Source: Nitrososphaerota archaeon
GTDB taxonomy: Archaea; Thermoproteota; Nitrososphaeria_A; Caldarchaeales; Caldarchaeaceae
Direction of reading: 5' to 3'
NCBI GenBank assembly: GCA_041641305.1
Contig: JBEPYN010000001.1
Coordinates: 256,001-320,000 of the forward strand
Length of the DNA: 64,000 nucleotides
The number at the start of each line of letters is the position of its first letter. Position 1 is the stretch's first letter. Made by a program: the position numbers and the translations under genes. The notes beneath the pieces are model-generated. The model was not told the DNA's origin. It saw only the letters and a program-made list of their open reading frames with translations, and made no database searches. Of the stretch, positions 44,451-54,512 are shown one piece after another.

Positions 44451-45678
44451 CCTTCACACCTCCGAAAACCTCCTCAACCAAGTCTTCTAGAGTAAATACG
44501 TCAACAGCTTTTTGCGCCGCCAGTGAGTCGATAAGCTCCTTGGGAAGGTTGTTTACAGGGTCTCCTTTCTTGAATGGCCCATATGTTTTCCCGTTCCATT
44601 CAAGCTTCTCAACATCTTTCTTGAAGACAAGGGTCTCGCCGACAAACTTCTGGGTTGGAGGCTTTCCTATCTCATAGCCTGGGCCAACTATCGTGGGAGA
44701 GCCCATCAGCCCCAGCTTGGTTGGGTCGGCGTTTATGTAATCGGCGTTCCAGACAAGTGGATTCTCAAGCTTATGCGGATAGCTGTGCGCCCGTGCTTTT
44801 TTCTGGCTGGTGGCCGGGGGCGTTCTCGGCTCATAGTGGTGGTCTATCGTAAGAAGACATGGAAGAACCGTCCTCATCTTCTGTATTATGTTTCCGATTT
44901 TCCTCTCAGCAATAACATGGTCAAGCTCCGGCGAAATCTCGAAATCACGTGTGAAGGCTATGCTGGGAATGGTTACGCCGAGCATCTGGCTCAACGCTTC
45001 AGCCGTCTGCGGCCCAACATTTCCCGTCTCGCCGTCGCTGGTCTTCATACCGGTCAAAATAATGAATTTTGACAAACGTTCCCGGTATTTCTCCAACTCC
45101 GCCGACACATCCTCTCTACTTATTTCACCTCTTGCATAACGGGAGAAAACAGAGTCCTTCACAGATGGTAATTTGCTGTAGATGTGGTGTGGGAGAAAGT
45201 TCTGTTCATACAGCTCTTCTGCAAGCTTGAGAGCCTCATCCACCGAGGACTTCTCAACAACATCCTTGAGCCTGTCAACAGCATCGAAATGGTTCTGGAG
45301 ATATCGCTTGATCCCGCAGGCCAATGTGTAGGAAGTGGCCCATGTATCCGCCCCAGCCATGCGTCTGTCACTTAGGATAATTCTTTCATCAAAGCCTTCG
45401 AAAGATATCCTTGGCACATACTTGCTTTCTTCACGTGGCTCGACGAGGTCTGACATTATGGGGACGAGCTTGGGCTCGGGCCCCATCGTCATCGCCACAA
45501 TTTTTCCGCCGACAGTTTTCTTCACATAGTAAGCTGCCTCAACCGCTTTCACATCATGTGGGTTGAGGACTAGCTCCATCTCCTCACGTCGCAGAACACC
45601 CGACACCGTCACAACCTGCGTGGTTTTAGCCGGCACGCCCTTGACGAGACAAATAATCAACATGTCAGCCTTCCCCAC
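44431..45678 (-). CDS. etfB: Electron transfer flavoprotein subunit beta (FixA) with insertions
   Basis: LNPHD..AVEAA, MGP, SDRRMAGADTWATS, DGETGNVGP, GL.GSPT.V. Confidence 0.9.
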   Translation of the reverse strand: MGKADMLIICLVKGVPAKTTQVVTVSGVLRREEMELVLNPHDVKAVEAAYYVKKTVGGKIVAMTMGPEPKLVPIMSDLVEPREESKYVPRISFEGFDERIILSDRRMAGADTWATSYTLACGIKRYLQNHFDAVDRLKDVVEKSSVDEALKLAEELYEQNFLPHHIYSKLPSVKDSVFSRYARGEISREDVSAELEKYRERLSKFIILTGMKTSDGETGNVGPQTAEALSQMLGVTIPSIAFTRDFEISPELDHVIAERKIGNIIQKMRTVLPCLLTIDHHYEPRTPPATSQKKARAHSYPHKLENPLVWNADYINADPTKLGLMGSPTIVGPGYEIGKPPTQKFVGETLVFKKDVEKLEWNGKTYGPFKKGDPVNNLPKELIDSLAAQKAVDVFTLEDLVEEVFGGVKVVARAV

Positions 45679-45694
45679 TATTTTCAGGCGTTTA

Positions 45695-47038
45695 CTATTT
45701 AACTTGTTTTTCTTTCAACACAACTGCAGTGTAGCGGTCGAAGTGGATTTCGGATTCGCCGAACTGATTTCTCTTTATCAGAGGAAAAACCAGAGTTAGC
45801 GACTCTCCCTCGGTTAATTCTCTGACTTTCTCAGACACAGGGCCCCATGCGACTCCGCTGTATATTTTGTTCTGAACCTTGAGCCAGAAACGTATAAGCT
45901 GCCTCACGCCAAAACGTGTCTCAATCATGGAAAGCTGTGTCTTTCTCAGAAGCTCTGCCTGTAGACAGACGTCGACGAGTCTTCCGTCAAATGATTCCAA
46001 CTCGCCCCCAAACAAAGGCAACTCTCCAACCTCAATCGACGCATCTACATCCTCGAACCGCTCCCAGTAGATATGCGGCACGCCGTTTATATCGAGAACG
46101 AAAAAATTTCTGCACAAGATATCTTGAGACGCTGTCTCAAGCTGGGGGGCTCTGTAAAATTTTTTCCCATTCCATACAACTGGGACCTCGTCGAAACATC
46201 GTGCCACAGGTCGGGCCTCTGTTGTCCCTGCTTTTTCAAGAATGCGGTTAACAAGAGAGGCGTCTTCTCCGACATACTCTATACATGTGTCATATAATGT
46301 GAAAAACTCGTTTCCGCGACGCTGCAGGTTGGCGGCGACAAATTTTTTCGCTCGAGAGCCGGCGAAGTATGAGGCGTTCTCTCTATATGCGTGAAGTATG
46401 TAGATGTCCTGTCCATCGGTTACAATCACGTCATTCAAGATGATGCCGTCGCCTGTTTTCCGTGGGCCTGTGTCAAAGACAACAACACCCCAGAAATCAG
46501 AGCTCTCTTCCCCGGAGCCCTCTCCCAACGGCTTAACAAGATTTTCCAGAGGAGGCATATTTGGCGCATCTTTTTTGATAACTGTGTTGGGTGAGAGGCG
46601 GATTGTTATCTTGTTGTTTCTCCGAACCACCGTGCAGCCGTGAGCAGCTAATACATCACCTACACGTATCTCCCGCAGAACATCTGTATCATCTCCCAAA
46701 ACCTCCACAGACGCGGTGCCATCCGAGAGCTTAAGTACTGTGTACGCTCTCCCATCCTGTGATACAGCAGTCCTTTTTCCGACAACTCTGCCAGCGACGT
46801 TGATGTTCTGGAGACCAGGTGTAACATTCTTTAGCTGTAAATATTCTCCGAATTCCTTTCCCGATATAAGCTCCTGAGCGATCCTCATCTCCTCGAGAAT
46901 TATGAGCAGAGCTCCGCGTCTCGTGAGAAAGGGCGAGCTCCGAATCTTCTCCTCAACCAGCCTGTCAAGAGCCGCTTTATCAAGCGACCTGTCCTTCTCC
47001 AAGATTGCTTTCTCTAGGTCTTCTTCGCGCATCCCCAA
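45695..47038 (-). CDS. Multi-OB-fold single-stranded DNA-binding protein (RPA-like)
   Basis: N-terminal helical LT..GAL..I motif; OB folds (INVAGRV..LSDGTASV; IETRFG...AWG). Confidence 0.65.
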   Translation of the reverse strand: MGMREEDLEKAILEKDRSLDKAALDRLVEEKIRSSPFLTRRGALLIILEEMRIAQELISGKEFGEYLQLKNVTPGLQNINVAGRVVGKRTAVSQDGRAYTVLKLSDGTASVEVLGDDTDVLREIRVGDVLAAHGCTVVRRNNKITIRLSPNTVIKKDAPNMPPLENLVKPLGEGSGEESSDFWGVVVFDTGPRKTGDGIILNDVIVTDGQDIYILHAYRENASYFAGSRAKKFVAANLQRRGNEFFTLYDTCIEYVGEDASLVNRILEKAGTTEARPVARCFDEVPVVWNGKKFYRAPQLETASQDILCRNFFVLDINGVPHIYWERFEDVDASIEVGELPLFGGELESFDGRLVDVCLQAELLRKTQLSMIETRFGVRQLIRFWLKVQNKIYSGVAWGPVSEKVRELTEGESLTLVFPLIKRNQFGESEIHFDRYTAVVLKEKQVK

Positions 47039-47161
47039 AATTGATGTTTACGATTGAATAAAAACCAGCTATGCCGTGTTTTCGGAAAATTTTTAAATAG
47101 CGTATGAAGGTGGATTTTCCGGTGTGCGTGGAGTGACAGGAGGTGGACGTCTTCCAGAGAG

Positions 47162-47977
47162 GTGTTGGCCTTCCAGCTGGGTGCTGCGTTTAAGCCCAGC
47201 CTATTAGGCGACAACAAGCTCGATACAGCCATATTTTATGCGAAGGTATTGGCTCGCCTTGGCTACAGGTATCTCGTACTTGACTCGGAGAGAGCCGTTG
47301 ATGACTTGTCTTTGAGAGATTTCGAGGAGCTTGTCTCGGTCTGTAAATTGCTGGGCTTCCCTGAACCTGTTATCACTATTCCTGTTAGACGTGGTGATTG
47401 CTGGGAAAGGCTCGGTGCTGTGGTTGATGTTGTGAGCAGGGACGGGTTTGGCGGTGTCTGCCTTGTCGCGGGAAACTCGGCTTATCTTACTCGGGAGGAG
47501 GCTTCGCAGAAGCCCGGCAAATTGTTGCTCGAAGCCGCCGAAGTTTTTCGTAGGAAATGCCGGTTTAACCTTTTGATGGTTGGCACCGAACGTGTCGAGA
47601 AAACGGCTGCCAAAATAGCGGCAAACCATCGCGCTATACCAGTCATGCTAATGACACCCAACATCGTTGAGGAGACTAGACTTTATTCACATAATGGTTT
47701 ACGGAGAGCTGTTTATGTCCCTTACTATTTTGGGGAGGAGCTTCCGAGAGATGTGGCGGAAAAGGTTCATGCCTATGTTTCGCGACGCGTCGGAGACAAA
47801 AACGTAGATGAAACTTGGCGGCAATTTGTCTACACTGGCCCCCTCAACGAATTCACACAGCTTCTACGTGATTTGTCGGCAAACAACATCGACGTCTTCA
47901 TAGGCTATCCGCTGGATAAACGCGTCAAACAGCTGACAGCCCTTTCTAAGGCCGTGACAGGCTTATCAACGGCTTAG
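47162..47977 (+). CDS. Hypothetical protein, probable TIM-barrel
   Basis: 271-aa ORF with alternating strand/helix pattern; convergent with gcvT. Confidence 0.65.
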   Translation: MLAFQLGAAFKPSLLGDNKLDTAIFYAKVLARLGYRYLVLDSERAVDDLSLRDFEELVSVCKLLGFPEPVITIPVRRGDCWERLGAVVDVVSRDGFGGVCLVAGNSAYLTREEASQKPGKLLLEAAEVFRRKCRFNLLMVGTERVEKTAAKIAANHRAIPVMLMTPNIVEETRLYSHNGLRRAVYVPYYFGEELPRDVAEKVHAYVSRRVGDKNVDETWRQFVYTGPLNEFTQLLRDLSANNIDVFIGYPLDKRVKQLTALSKAVTGLSTA

Positions 47978-49028
47978 TCCTAACAACCGCTTTCCTGCGA
48001 CGGCCTCTGACATCGACAAAGACCTCGGCACCGTCAACGTGAATTGACGGCGGAAGATATGCTAGGGCTATTCCTTTGTTAATCGTCGGCGAGAGGCAAC
48101 CGCTTGTCACCTTTCCTGCCTCAACATCACCAACATAAACTTTGTATCCGGGCCGCGGCACACCCGGCTCCACCATCTCAACCAACATGAGTCGTTTGAC
48201 CGGGCCATTAGCCTGTTTTTTCTCCAGCGATTCTTTACCTATGAAAAACCGTTTATCCATTTTGACAGCCCAGAAGAGACCCGCCTCGATAGGGTCATTC
48301 TTCTCGTCAAAATCCTGTCCATATAGCGGGAAGCCGGCCTCTATTCGGCAGACGTCGCGGCAGGCCAGCCCACATGGCTTGACACCCTGATCGGTGAAAA
48401 ATTTCCAGACTTTCTCATAGAGTTCCTGTATCCCGCATAAAACCATCAACTCGTACCCGTCGCCACCGGTGTAGCCGCTTCGCGTAACCAATAGTCTGCA
48501 ATCGCCCATGTTTCTGAACCCGCCCTCAAACCATTTAAAACCAGAAACATCCCCAACCAAATTTGAAACATATGCTGAGGACTTCGGGCCCTGCACCGCG
48601 AAGAAGGCGCTGCTCTCCGTGATGTCTTCAACTAACACCTCGCCCTCTATGTTATGCTCCAACCACTCCAGGACACGATTTCTCGTCAAGGCGTTTGAGA
48701 CCATGAGATAACTGTTGTCCGCGACTTTGTAGACCGTGACATCGTCTATGATGCCTCCATCCATGTTAAGAATCAATCCATACTTCATCCGGCCTGGCTT
48801 CAGCCTCTCAACATCTATTGTCAGGATTTTTTGGAGAAGCTGAGTCGCGTCTGGGCCGGATATCTTTGTCCGGGTCATGTGGCTAATGTCGAAAATGCCA
48901 GCATCCCTTCTCACAGCCTCGTGCTCCTCGCGGAGAGAAGTGAATGTGATTATTGTCCGCCAGCCAGCGAACTCGCCCAGCTCCTTCGCATTCTTCTCAT
49001 GAAGATGAAGCAGAGGTATTTTGTTCAT
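47946..49028 (-). CDS. gcvT: Glycine cleavage system T protein
   Basis: FAGW, FDISHM, GGIIDD, RSGYTG.DGYE, RIEAG.PLYG. Confidence 0.96.
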   Translation of the reverse strand: MNKIPLLHLHEKNAKELGEFAGWRTIITFTSLREEHEAVRRDAGIFDISHMTRTKISGPDATQLLQKILTIDVERLKPGRMKYGLILNMDGGIIDDVTVYKVADNSYLMVSNALTRNRVLEWLEHNIEGEVLVEDITESSAFFAVQGPKSSAYVSNLVGDVSGFKWFEGGFRNMGDCRLLVTRSGYTGGDGYELMVLCGIQELYEKVWKFFTDQGVKPCGLACRDVCRIEAGFPLYGQDFDEKNDPIEAGLFWAVKMDKRFFIGKESLEKKQANGPVKRLMLVEMVEPGVPRPGYKVYVGDVEAGKVTSGCLSPTINKGIALAYLPPSIHVDGAEVFVDVRGRRRKAVVRTKPLISLSRP

Positions 49029-50535
49029 TCTGTCTCCTCCGCAACATGCGCATACTGAGGGTTAAATGCATTGGGTGGGAGGCTTTGGCCTCGTTTATTC
49101 TCCCAACGGCTGTGTTGTGTGGAGCCGATTTAACCAGCTGAGGCGAGTCATAGCATTCCTGAATCACTTTGGATAGGGCTTCGTAGAAGTTGTCGAGCGT
49201 TTCCTTGCTCTCTGTCTCTGTCGGCTCTATCATGAAAGCCTCCTCAATAATCAGCGGAAAATATATCGTCGGCGCATGGACGCCATAGTCGAGGAGGCGC
49301 TTCGCGACCTCAAGCGCTCCGAGTCCAGTCTCTTTTCTGAGCTTGGCGAGGCTGACGACGAACTCGTGTTTTCTTGGACGTGTCGGGTCGTAGGGGAGTG
49401 TGACGCCTCGCAGCCTCCTCACCTTGCTTAGCAGATAGTTTGAAGACGAGACCGCGTAGAGTGCGGATCGTCTCAGACCTTCACCGCCAAGCGCAAGGAT
49501 GTAAGCATATGCTCGTAGAAGAACAGCGAAGTTTCCTGTAAAGAGCTTGACTGGGCCTATGCTAGATGGCCCACCATCGTCTAATAAGTATCGTCCGTCG
49601 CCTGTTTTGACCACTCTCGGAGGAGGCAGGTATTTTGCCAGTTTTGCGACGACTCCTACTGGCCCTGCGCCCGGGCCTCCTCCACCATGTGGTGTGGAGA
49701 AGGTTTTGTGAAGATTGAGGTGAACGATGTCGAAGCCCATGTCACCCGGCCTCGCGACACCGACTATTGCGTTGAGGTTTGCGCCGTCGTAGTATAGCAG
49801 GGAATCGTTTTGATGCATGATTCGGACGATTTCTTCGATGCCTTTCTCGAACAATCCGATTGTGTTGGGGTTTGTCAGCATTATGCCGGCGACGTCTCCG
49901 TCAACCATTTTCTCGAGCATCTCGAGGTCGACGCATCCGTCTTCACGTGTTCTCACCACCTTGACGTCGAAGCCCGCCATGGCGGCGCTTGCAGGGTTTG
50001 TCCCGTGGGCTGAGTCTGGGACGATGATTTTCGGCCTCGGCTTCCCTTCTTTCTCGCTGTGGTAGGCTCTGATGATGAGGCATCCAACCAGTTCTCCATG
50101 CGCACCGGCCGCGGGAACCATCGAGAAAGCATCCATGCCCGTCAACTCCTTCAGCGCCTGCTCGAGGTTGTATAGAATCTCGAGACATCCCTGTACGGTT
50201 TCCACTGGCTGGAGTGGATGAATGTCGGCGACTTGGTCGGCGATTTGGTTGTTTACTACGGGGTTGTATTTCATGGTGCAGCTGCCGAGTGGGTAGAAGC
50301 CTGTGGAGATACTGTAGTTCATTTGGCTTAGGCGTGTGAAGTGTCTCACAACAGTCAGTTCTGAGAGCTCTGGCAGGGTGAGGCTATCTCTGAGGAGTTT
50401 TCCCGGAATTTTGCTGAGGCTTCTTTCTCCCGCCTCCCTAATCTCTCGAGGATTTGATGGAACCTTGAAACCTATGACACCGGGACGTGACAACTCGTAG
50501 ACAAGTTTCTCATCCCAGTAAGCCTGACGGAACAT
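48997..50535 (-). CDS. gcvPB: Glycine dehydrogenase subunit 2
   Basis: YPLGSCTMKYNP, AHGTNPASA, HLNLHKTFSTPHGGGGPG, EPTETES. Confidence 0.96.
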   Translation of the reverse strand: MFRQAYWDEKLVYELSRPGVIGFKVPSNPREIREAGERSLSKIPGKLLRDSLTLPELSELTVVRHFTRLSQMNYSISTGFYPLGSCTMKYNPVVNNQIADQVADIHPLQPVETVQGCLEILYNLEQALKELTGMDAFSMVPAAGAHGELVGCLIIRAYHSEKEGKPRPKIIVPDSAHGTNPASAAMAGFDVKVVRTREDGCVDLEMLEKMVDGDVAGIMLTNPNTIGLFEKGIEEIVRIMHQNDSLLYYDGANLNAIVGVARPGDMGFDIVHLNLHKTFSTPHGGGGPGAGPVGVVAKLAKYLPPPRVVKTGDGRYLLDDGGPSSIGPVKLFTGNFAVLLRAYAYILALGGEGLRRSALYAVSSSNYLLSKVRRLRGVTLPYDPTRPRKHEFVVSLAKLRKETGLGALEVAKRLLDYGVHAPTIYFPLIIEEAFMIEPTETESKETLDNFYEALSKVIQECYDSPQLVKSAPHNTAVGRINEAKASHPMHLTLSMRMLRRRQNEQNTSASSS

Positions 50536-51905
50536 CAAACCACACCCTTCACAGTCTCCAAATAATCCCGGATGTCCTCGACGCTGTGAACCTCTGTCAC
50601 ACACGTCAACACACCGTCGCCCAGTTGCGGAAAATCATCCACAATCCTGATGCCCCCAACTATTCCGATGCTTAGAAGCCTCTTCAACAGCTCCTCAGAT
50701 GAGTGTCCCTCTTTTCTGTAGGTGAACTCCATGTAATGTGGGGCATTTAGCAGCGGCGCCTTTACTCCATCCACCTTCTGGAAACATTCGATGAAGTAGG
50801 CCGTCTTCTCGAAGATGTGTCGAGCGAGTGATTGAAGTCCATGTTTGCCCAGAAGCGAGAGATAGGCTGCGGCTGTTATGGCGCAGAGAGCCTGGTTGGT
50901 GCAGATGTTTGAGGTGGCTTTTTCGCGTTTGATGTCTTGTTCTCTGGCCCTTAGCACCATCGTGAAAGCTCGCCTCCCATCCCCAAGTGTCTCAGCCATA
51001 CCCACCATCCTGCCAGGCATGCTGTGGATAAGCTTCCGGTCGCCGCTGCACCCCAATACCCCAAGCAGTGGGCCGCCAAAATTCATCGGAAGACCGAGCG
51101 GCTGACCCTCGCCGACGACGATGTCGGCTCCCATCGCTCCCGGCGGCCGCAGCAAACCGAGAGAAATCGGCTCTGCACCTACTACGAACAAGGCGTTTCT
51201 GTCGTGGGCAATTTCGCCTACCGCTTCAACATTCTCCACTAAGGCCCCGAGGTAGCACGGGTTCTCGACATAAACAGCAGAAGTCTCATCGTCAACCAAC
51301 GTTTTCAACTCCTCCTCATCCACTTTTCCCGTCTCGTCGAATGATGCCTTAACGAGCTTGAGGCCCAACGGCTTAACATATGTCTCGGCCACACGTATTC
51401 TCCCGGGGCCACAGTGGCCTGCGTAGACGATCTTGTCTCGGCCGTTGTATCGATATGCCATTCTGAAGGCCTCTCCCAAGGCTGTGGCCCAGTCATACAT
51501 GGAGGAGTTTACGACGTCCACTTCATAGAGGTCTGCGACAAGGCTCTGGAACTCGAACAAGGCTGTTAAAACACCCTGCGAAACCTCGGGCTGATAAGGG
51601 GTATAGCTTGTTACAAACTCGCTTCTTGAAGCAATCTCCTTCACAGCGGCTGGAACATGGTGTGGCCATACACCTCCTCCCAAGAAGAGACGGAGACCCT
51701 GCCTATTTTTGGACAAAATGTTTTTGACATGTTTGATCAGCTCAGGTTCGGAGAACGGACCTTCAAGACTCGGCGGAGAACTGAGAATATAACGGGATGG
51801 GATGTCTGCGTAGAGCTCCATTATGTCTTTGACACCTATCGCGTGAAGCATCTGACGCAGGTCTTCTTCCGTATGATGCCCGATGTAGGGAAAAACCTTA
51901 TCCAT
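50535..51905 (-). CDS. gcvPA: Glycine dehydrogenase subunit 1
   Basis: YTPYQPEVSQG, FGGP, REQDIKREKATSNICTNQ. Confidence 0.96.
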   Translation of the reverse strand: MDKVFPYIGHHTEEDLRQMLHAIGVKDIMELYADIPSRYILSSPPSLEGPFSEPELIKHVKNILSKNRQGLRLFLGGGVWPHHVPAAVKEIASRSEFVTSYTPYQPEVSQGVLTALFEFQSLVADLYEVDVVNSSMYDWATALGEAFRMAYRYNGRDKIVYAGHCGPGRIRVAETYVKPLGLKLVKASFDETGKVDEEELKTLVDDETSAVYVENPCYLGALVENVEAVGEIAHDRNALFVVGAEPISLGLLRPPGAMGADIVVGEGQPLGLPMNFGGPLLGVLGCSGDRKLIHSMPGRMVGMAETLGDGRRAFTMVLRAREQDIKREKATSNICTNQALCAITAAAYLSLLGKHGLQSLARHIFEKTAYFIECFQKVDGVKAPLLNAPHYMEFTYRKEGHSSEELLKRLLSIGIVGGIRIVDDFPQLGDGVLTCVTEVHSVEDIRDYLETVKGVV

Positions 51906-51976
51906 TCCAAGCCCATAACAGTATAGGCTGCTACTTATACCGATACCGTTTAAAACAAGCCCGTGGAATCAACTCC

Positions 51977-52657
51977 GTGAATCTCCGCTATCCTCTGATC
52001 GTCCTCAACTTTAAGACATACAGGGAGTCTATCGGAAGAAAAGCTCTCGAGCTCGCCAAAACGGCTGAGAAAGCCGCTGAACAGACGGGTGTATCCGTAG
52101 CTGTGTGCCCATCTATGGTTGATCTTGCGATGGTTGCATCAAGTGTCTCCATACCTGTTTTTGCTCAGCACTGCGACCCCTACACCCCGGGAGCCTACAC
52201 GGGCTCGGTTGTGGCAGAGGCGTTGAAGGAATCGGGGGCCGCCGGCTCTCTCCTCAACCATTCTGAGAAAAAGCTGAGGCTAAGCGATTTATCGGAATCT
52301 GTGAAACGGCTCAAAAGCAACGGCCTGATTTCTATTGTCTGTGCTGACGATCCATCGGCTGCGACAGCCGCTGCTGCTCTTGGCCCGGACGTGTTGGCGG
52401 TGGAGCCTCCTGAGCTGATTGGGACAGGGATATCGGTTTCGACAGCCAGGCCCGAAGTGGTTACGGAGACTGTTTCTCGTGTGAAGTTCCTTGCATCGGG
52501 TGTCAGAGTGCTGTGCGGAGCCGGCGTATCGACTGCCGAAGATGTTTCAAGGGCCCTTCAGCTGGGCACCGACGGAGTGTTGTTATCCAGCGCATATGTC
52601 AAGGCACGCGACCCGTTGGCCCTTCTCGTCAAGATGTGTGAAGCCGCACTCCGCTAA
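51977..52657 (+). CDS. tpiA: Triosephosphate isomerase (archaeal)
   Basis: NFKTY, NHSE, AVEPPELIGTG, LCGAG. Confidence 0.96.
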   Translation: MNLRYPLIVLNFKTYRESIGRKALELAKTAEKAAEQTGVSVAVCPSMVDLAMVASSVSIPVFAQHCDPYTPGAYTGSVVAEALKESGAAGSLLNHSEKKLRLSDLSESVKRLKSNGLISIVCADDPSAATAAAALGPDVLAVEPPELIGTGISVSTARPEVVTETVSRVKFLASGVRVLCGAGVSTAEDVSRALQLGTDGVLLSSAYVKARDPLALLVKMCEAALR

Positions 52658-53037
52658 ACAATCATCAGCTTCATTCTCCTACCTTCTCCGTCGAGAACAT
52701 GGATGTCACTTTCGTTGCGATAAGGAGATGTTACGATAACCATCAGCTCACCCATCATGTTGTTTAGGTCTTCAACGGAGGGGTGCGGGGCTCCTGATGG
52801 GTGGGAATGAGCCACTCCGAGGAAAGATTCGTCAATGGGTAGCAGGTAGGGGTTGAATGAGGAGAAGCTTTCGCCATATGTTGACTGGGGTGGAAAAGAA
52901 ACTTCCTCGACAAGGTAACCGGTCTTGTCTCTGCGGCCATGGAGAAGAACTATCATCTCCCTGGGGTGGATGTTGCGGGATATTTCTAGAAGAAGCGCCG
53001 CGACCTCCCTGCGCATATGGACAATTTCTCGAGCCAT
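52654..53037 (-). CDS. JAMM/Mov34 metalloprotease (archaeal JAMM1 type)
   Basis: HPRE...LL.G; HSHPSG...PS.EDL. Confidence 0.88.
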   Translation of the reverse strand: MAREIVHMRREVAALLLEISRNIHPREMIVLLHGRRDKTGYLVEEVSFPPQSTYGESFSSFNPYLLPIDESFLGVAHSHPSGAPHPSVEDLNNMMGELMVIVTSPYRNESDIHVLDGEGRRMKLMIV

Positions 53038-53041
53038 GTAT

Positions 53042-53674
53042 CTATTTTCTAGGCCTATGCTGCCCCTCCAGTATGTAAGCAACAGCTTCACCTATGTAGG
53101 TGGCGTGGTCCGCGATTCTCTCAAGATACCTGAGAATGAGCATGGTAGCCATGTCGCATTTCTTTGATCCTGGATTGCTCAGACTTCGTTGGAGATGATT
53201 CTTGTAGGCTTTGTCGACAATCGAGTCAAGTTTCTCAAGCTCTGCGGCGAGCTCAAGGTTCTTCTCCACGAAGCTTTTTACGCTCTTCTCTATCATGGTT
53301 TTGACTACTTCAGCTGTTTCGAGTACCTCGGTTTTCTCACATTCATGAAGTTCTCCAAATGTGGTTATAACCTGTGATATGTCGTAGGCGTATCTGCCGA
53401 AACGTGAGAACCCATAGGCGACCTCCATGCATGAGCGAAGAAAACGTAGGTCAGTCGCCACAGGCTGGTAACGTGCTATCAGCTCAACGGCGAGGTCCGA
53501 CACCTCGTCCTGAAGCCAGCGAAGCTTCTCCGAAAGCTGGAAAACTTCATCCTCGTTAGGTGTGCCTTTGATGAACCCTTCCACAGCGGCTTCCACAGCG
53601 GTCCGGCTGAGAGAAGCCATGTCGTTGAGCATGTTGACGAGCCTCTCCAAACCCAAATCCATCAGACGCGGCAA
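53042..53674 (-). CDS. phoU: Phosphate signalling protein PhoU
   Basis: ARYQPVATDLR, D..VD, YLERIADHA..I.E. Confidence 0.92.
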   Translation of the reverse strand: MPRLMDLGLERLVNMLNDMASLSRTAVEAAVEGFIKGTPNEDEVFQLSEKLRWLQDEVSDLAVELIARYQPVATDLRFLRSCMEVAYGFSRFGRYAYDISQVITTFGELHECEKTEVLETAEVVKTMIEKSVKSFVEKNLELAAELEKLDSIVDKAYKNHLQRSLSNPGSKKCDMATMLILRYLERIADHATYIGEAVAYILEGQHRPRK

Positions 53675-53681
53675 ACCATCC

Positions 53682-54512
53682 TCAACCTATTCTTCCAGAG
53701 ATGTAGTCCTCGGTCCTCTTGTCACGTGGGTTGGTGAAAATCTCCTTAGTCGGCCCAAACTCGATAAGTCTGCCTATCATGTTCTCATCAGGCATCATAA
53801 CGGCTGTGTAGTCGGAGACGCGTGCGGCCTGCTGCATGTTGTGGGTGACTATGATTATGGTGTAGTCCTGTGAAATGTTGCGCAGAAGCTGCTCAATCTT
53901 CGCTGTTGATATTGGGTCGAGGGAGACGGTTGGCTCGTCGAGGAGGATTACGTCTGGGTCTACTGCGAGCGCTCTCGCGATGCAGAGCCTCTGTTGCTGT
54001 CCTCCCGAGAGCGAGAAAGCCTGTGCATCGAGCCTATCTTTCACCTCTTCCCATAGAGCCGCTTTCTCGAGAGCGTCCTTAACTTTCTCGTAAAGCTGCT
54101 GCTTGGACAGCTTCACTCCGTTAACACGTAGGCCGAAAGCGACGTTATCAAAAATCGACATAGGGAATGGGTTGGGCCTCTGGAAAACCATCCCAATAGC
54201 TGTCCTCACCGCAACTGGGTCGACATCCTTCGAGTAAATGTCTACACCCCTGTAGAAGACCTTGCCCTCCACCTTTGCATCAGGTATTAGGTCATTCATT
54301 CTGTTGATGCATCTGAGAAGGGTTGATTTTCCGCATCCCGAGGGCCCTATGATGGCTGTTATCCGTGACCGCTCAAACTTGAGGTCGATATCCTTTATGG
54401 CGTATTTTCGACCATAGACCACTGCTAGGCCGACCGTTTCAACAACAACTTTCCCATCCTGTGACAAATCCATAGATTCTCTCTCCGCCAATAATTTTTT
54501 CAGCATCGTCAT
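53682..54512 (-). CDS. pstB: Phosphate ABC transporter ATPase
   Basis: [38 protein letters not shown]. Confidence 0.96.
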   Translation of the reverse strand: MTMLKKLLAERESMDLSQDGKVVVETVGLAVVYGRKYAIKDIDLKFERSRITAIIGPSGCGKSTLLRCINRMNDLIPDAKVEGKVFYRGVDIYSKDVDPVAVRTAIGMVFQRPNPFPMSIFDNVAFGLRVNGVKLSKQQLYEKVKDALEKAALWEEVKDRLDAQAFSLSGGQQQRLCIARALAVDPDVILLDEPTVSLDPISTAKIEQLLRNISQDYTIIIVTHNMQQAARVSDYTAVMMPDENMIGRLIEFGPTKEIFTNPRDKRTEDYISGRIG

